Source: Pseudomonadales bacterium (GTDB lineage: Bacteria; Pseudomonadota; Gammaproteobacteria; Pseudomonadales; JAUIET01). Taken from it: DNA of 64,000 bases. Both the position numbers and the translations under genes were made by a program. The notes under the pieces are model-generated. The model saw nothing but the letters and a program-made list of their open reading frames with translations, was not told where the DNA came from and ran no database searches. The stretch covers positions 33,464 to 97,463 of the forward strand of contig JBGCDE010000065.1 in NCBI GenBank assembly GCA_045105115.1. The letters run 5' to 3'. Position 1 is the first letter of the stretch; each line of letters starts with the position of its first letter. Positions 60,444-64,000 of this stretch are shown here, one piece after another.

Positions 60444-60839
60444 ATGGCAGCAAATCTAGACAAGCTAAAAATAATGGTCATTGACGACAGCAAAACTATT
60501 CGGCGAACCGCTGAAACCTTGCTGCAAAAAGAGGGCTGTACAGTGATCACCGCAATTGATGGTTTCGATGCCTTGGCGAAAATTGCAGATAACCGCCCCG
60601 ACCTGATTTTTGTCGACATCATGATGCCCAGACTGGACGGCTATCAGACCTGCGCGTTGGTAAAAAACAATAGCGAATTTAAGTCTACTCCGGTAATCAT
60701 GTTGTCGAGTAAGGATGGATTGTTCGATAAAGCGAAAGGTCGCATTGTCGGTTCTGATCAATATTTGACCAAACCATTTAGTAAAAACGAACTACTCGGC
60801 GCTATTGAAGCCCAGGTAGAACTCAAAGAAGCAAGTTAG
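60444..60839 (+). CDS. pilG: Twitching motility response regulator
   Basis: VIDDSKTIRRTAETLL, MLSSKDGLFDKAKGRIVGSDQYLTKPF. Confidence 0.96.
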   Translation: MAANLDKLKIMVIDDSKTIRRTAETLLQKEGCTVITAIDGFDALAKIADNRPDLIFVDIMMPRLDGYQTCALVKNNSEFKSTPVIMLSSKDGLFDKAKGRIVGSDQYLTKPFSKNELLGAIEAQVELKEAS

Positions 60840-60853
60840 GGAAACACGCTTAT

Positions 60854-61216
60854 ATGGCACGCGTTCTCATCGTTGATGACTCTCCCACTGAGACATTTCG
60901 CATGTCGAGTTGGTTAAACAAAGCGGGCTTTGATGTACTGACAGCAGAAAATGGTGAGAAGGGCGTGGACATTGCTCGCGCTGAGCACCCGGATCTGGTT
61001 TTGATGGATATCGTTATGCCGGGACTGAATGGCTTTCAGGCTACTCGCCAGCTGAATAAGGACAGCCGTACTACCAACATACCTGTTGTCATTGTGACAA
61101 CAAAGAACCAGGAAGCCGACCGTGTTTGGGGTGAGCGCCAAGGTGCTAGCGCATTTTTAACCAAGCCGGTTGACCAGAAAATACTACTGCGAACTATTAA
61201 TTCACTGATTGCCTGA
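60854..61216 (+). CDS. pilH: Twitching motility response regulator
   Basis: MARVLIVDDSPTE, MDIVMPGLNGFQATRQL. Confidence 0.95.
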   Translation: MARVLIVDDSPTETFRMSSWLNKAGFDVLTAENGEKGVDIARAEHPDLVLMDIVMPGLNGFQATRQLNKDSRTTNIPVVIVTTKNQEADRVWGERQGASAFLTKPVDQKILLRTINSLIA

Positions 61217-61226
61217 ATAACAATAC

Positions 61227-61775
61227 ATGGAAACGGCTGACGATCCCTATGGTGTTCTGGCAACAATTGCGGCAAGCAGTACTTCAGGACAGCGCGGTTT
61301 ACCACAGCAAGTTGATGCGAAAACCATGTGGAGTGGTATTGGCTTTAATTTGTGCGGTAAGCGCTTCGTGGTACCAATGACCGAAGTGGCCGAATTGCTT
61401 GAACGGCCCAGCGCGACACGTATTCCCGGGGTTAGGCCTTGGGTGCGTGGTGTTGCAAATGTACGTGGCCGGCTGCTTCCTCTGATTGATCTGGAAGCTT
61501 TTTTTGGTGGTCAATTAGGCAGCAACAGAAAGAAGCAGCGAGTGCTTGCTTTGGACATGGGTGATTTCTATTCTGGCGTGCTGGTGAACGAAGTGTATGG
61601 CATGCAGCATTTTGCGATCGAGAATTACAGCGCCAATGACGACGTCGAAGAAGAGTTGGCGCCGTTTGCTGCCTATCTTCGTGGTAAGTATCACAATGAC
61701 AAACAAAGCTGGACTGTGTTCAGCCTGCAAGAGTTGGTAAAAGACCCGCGATTTTTTAATGCCGCGGCACAGTAA
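61227..61775 (+). CDS. pilI: CheW-like adaptor
   Basis: WSGIGF, PGVRPWVRGVANVRGRLLPLIDL. Confidence 0.93.
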   Translation: METADDPYGVLATIAASSTSGQRGLPQQVDAKTMWSGIGFNLCGKRFVVPMTEVAELLERPSATRIPGVRPWVRGVANVRGRLLPLIDLEAFFGGQLGSNRKKQRVLALDMGDFYSGVLVNEVYGMQHFAIENYSANDDVEEELAPFAAYLRGKYHNDKQSWTVFSLQELVKDPRFFNAAAQ

Positions 61776-61819
61776 TACCTTATGATATTTTTCAAGATTA
61801 AGACCTGGGAGTCCAGCGT

Positions 61820-63940
61820 ATGAGCAGCAAAGATATGAACCGAGGCGCCGACCCCGGTAACGGCCCCATTTTTCTCATTGGCCTGATATTTATTGCAGCA
61901 GCTGCCTTTGCAGCATGGAGTATGTTTGTTGCCAATCGCGATGCCGGACACGACGCACGTTATCAGGAGATAACGGCTGAATTGAGAGTACTTGCTCAGC
62001 AAGTATCGTCCAGCGCTCGTTTGGCTATCGCTGGTGATGGCGAAGCCTTCGATATGTTGAACGACTCGGCTGGTGAATTCAGCCAAAACCTGGGTTTGCT
62101 CAATGATGGGGGTGATTCCTTACCGTCACCAAAAACGATGTTGGCAGATGAGCTCAGCGCGTTAACGTCTGAATGGTCTCCTGTTAAAGCAGCGGTTGGC
62201 ACAATGTACGCCAATCGTGATCGAATTCTGTTTTTGCATGAAGTGGCAAAAACTCTGAACGATTCGATTCCAGAACTACAGCAGGAATACAATAATGTTG
62301 TGGAGATTCTTCTGGAAAGCGGTGCGCCTTCAGACCAGGTTGCAGTGGCGCAACGTCAATCCTGGCTTGCGGAGCGTATTGCACGCAACGTAGACAAAAT
62401 GCTTGAAGGCGGCGAAGGTGCCGATCAAGCGGCCGATCAGTTCAATCTGGACGCGAGTTTATTTGGAAGTGTTTTGGACGGCATGTTGAATCGCAATGCG
62501 GCAATGCGTATCAGCCGAGTAACAGACGCCGACGCGCGAGCCAGTTTGGTGGAGATTTCCAAACTGTTTGAATTTGTGAGTGGCTCGGTTGACGAGATTT
62601 TTCAGGCTTCACCCGATTTGCTGGAGGCGCGTGAAGCAGCGGATGTGATCGCTAACGGTGCACCGGAACTGATGACCGATACCAGCACGCTTTCTGAAGC
62701 CATTGGTGGTTTGAGTTCGCGCCGGCAATTTACACCACAGTGGACGTTGGCGGCAGGTGCGGTGATGTTGCTGTCATTGGCCGCTATCGGCTACTTGTTG
62801 CTACGTAACACTCGACGTCGTTTGTCGCACACTGCTGAAACCAATGATCAAAACCAGCAAGCGATTCTGCGATTACTCGATGAAATTGGCGATCTTGCGG
62901 ATGGTGATCTGACAACCAACGCAACCGTAACTGAAGACTTTACGGGTGCAATTGCTGACTCGGTTAATTACGCTATCGGCCAATTACGTGAGTTGGTGTC
63001 GAAAATAAACGACACAGCTGTATCGGTATCGTCATCAGCTGAATTGAACCAGAAAAGTGCGCTGGGTCTTGCGCAAGCATCTGAAAAGCAGGCGGTTGAG
63101 ATTTCTGGCGCCTCTACGGCCATTAATGAAATGGCAAAAACTATTGATCAGGTGTCATCAAACGCCGGTGAGTCTGCGAATGTTGCAGAACGCTCGGTGG
63201 AAATTGCGAATTCTGGTGGGCAGTTGGTGCGAAATACGATTACCGGCATGGATAATATACGTGAGCAAATCCAGGACACCTCGAAGCGAATCAAACGTCT
63301 TGGTGAAAGTTCGCAAGAGATTGGCGACATCGTTTCGTTAATTAACGACATCGCAGACCAAACTAATATTCTGGCATTGAACGCTGCTATTCAGGCATCT
63401 ATGGCCGGTGACGCAGGCCGCGGCTTTGCGGTGGTTGCCGATGAAGTACAACGACTGGCGGAACGATCTGGTGCCGCCACCAAGCAAATTGAAGCATTGG
63501 TGAAAACCATTCAGTCAGATACCAACGAAGCGGTTATTTCGATGGAACAAACCACCACAGAGGTGGTGCGTGGGGCACGCTTGGCACAAGATGCGGGTGT
63601 TGCGCTGGAAGAAATTGAAAACGTATCAACTAATCTGGCCGAGCTGATTCAGAATATATCCAACGCAGCTCGCCAGCAGGCGATGACGGCCGGCAATATT
63701 TCCAGCACCATGGGTGTGGTGCAGGAAATTGCCAGTCAGACATCTGAGGGCACCAAGTCGAGCGCTGATTCGATTGGTGATCTTGCCAGCATGGCTTACG
63801 ACTTAAGACAATCGGTAGAGGGCTTTAAACTACCGTCTGATGAACCTGAAGTCGACCAGACAGATCAGTTGGAGGGAATGGAGTCTTTCCTTGAAATAGG
63901 TAACAAGGACGATAGTGATGATGTTGTGACTGCTGCCTAG
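61820..63940 (+). CDS. pilJ: Pil-Chp chemoreceptor
   Basis: Two TMs, QQAILRLLDEI, IADQTNILALNAAIQASMAGDAGRGFAVVADEVQRLAERS. Confidence 0.96.
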   Translation: MSSKDMNRGADPGNGPIFLIGLIFIAAAAFAAWSMFVANRDAGHDARYQEITAELRVLAQQVSSSARLAIAGDGEAFDMLNDSAGEFSQNLGLLNDGGDSLPSPKTMLADELSALTSEWSPVKAAVGTMYANRDRILFLHEVAKTLNDSIPELQQEYNNVVEILLESGAPSDQVAVAQRQSWLAERIARNVDKMLEGGEGADQAADQFNLDASLFGSVLDGMLNRNAAMRISRVTDADARASLVEISKLFEFVSGSVDEIFQASPDLLEAREAADVIANGAPELMTDTSTLSEAIGGLSSRRQFTPQWTLAAGAVMLLSLAAIGYLLLRNTRRRLSHTAETNDQNQQAILRLLDEIGDLADGDLTTNATVTEDFTGAIADSVNYAIGQLRELVSKINDTAVSVSSSAELNQKSALGLAQASEKQAVEISGASTAINEMAKTIDQVSSNAGESANVAERSVEIANSGGQLVRNTITGMDNIREQIQDTSKRIKRLGESSQEIGDIVSLINDIADQTNILALNAAIQASMAGDAGRGFAVVADEVQRLAERSGAATKQIEALVKTIQSDTNEAVISMEQTTTEVVRGARLAQDAGVALEEIENVSTNLAELIQNISNAARQQAMTAGNISSTMGVVQEIASQTSEGTKSSADSIGDLASMAYDLRQSVEGFKLPSDEPEVDQTDQLEGMESFLEIGNKDDSDDVVTAA

Positions 63941-64000
63941 AAACAGCATTCAACACACCGTAAAACTGTAAACCCTGATAAGAGGCGCCGATAGGCACAA

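Overview
A 64-kb stretch of core chromosome from a roughly 50% GC gammaproteobacterium. Gene order resembles Pseudomonadales/Cellvibrionales: ubiA-rubredoxin, recG, spoT-rpoZ-gmk-rph-crc-pyrE, slmA-argB-algC-coaBC-radC, rpmBG-mutM-coaD-rsmD-ftsYEX-rpoH-trmB, hemW-rdgB-metWX-yggT-proC-yggS-pilTU, yqgFE-tonB-gshB-pilGHIJ. I found no rRNA, tRNA, CRISPR array, transposase or prophage. The most unusual signal is non-coding: two divergent copies (7226-7347 and 58070-58227) of one structured element. Each has a GTGGCAC leader, a 30-bp closing stem with 8 compensatory base-pair changes between copies, and inner hairpins with CsrA/RsmA-type A(N)GGAT loops (TwoAYGGAY-like). The second copy carries an exact 36-nt extra hairpin built on GCGAAGC. 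Other notable points: rpoH is preceded by a CIRCE operator plus sigma32- and sigmaE-like promoters; an SbrI/SbrR-like ECF module sits with a VWA lipoprotein and a matching promoter; a GNAT gene lacks a canonical start codon; omega (RpoZ) has a ~90-aa acidic tail; rubredoxin is fused to its reductase; there is a RoxA-like dihaem cytochrome, a Crc orthologue and a membrane-anchored AlgC. Family assignments come from motif recognition by eye, not database searches.
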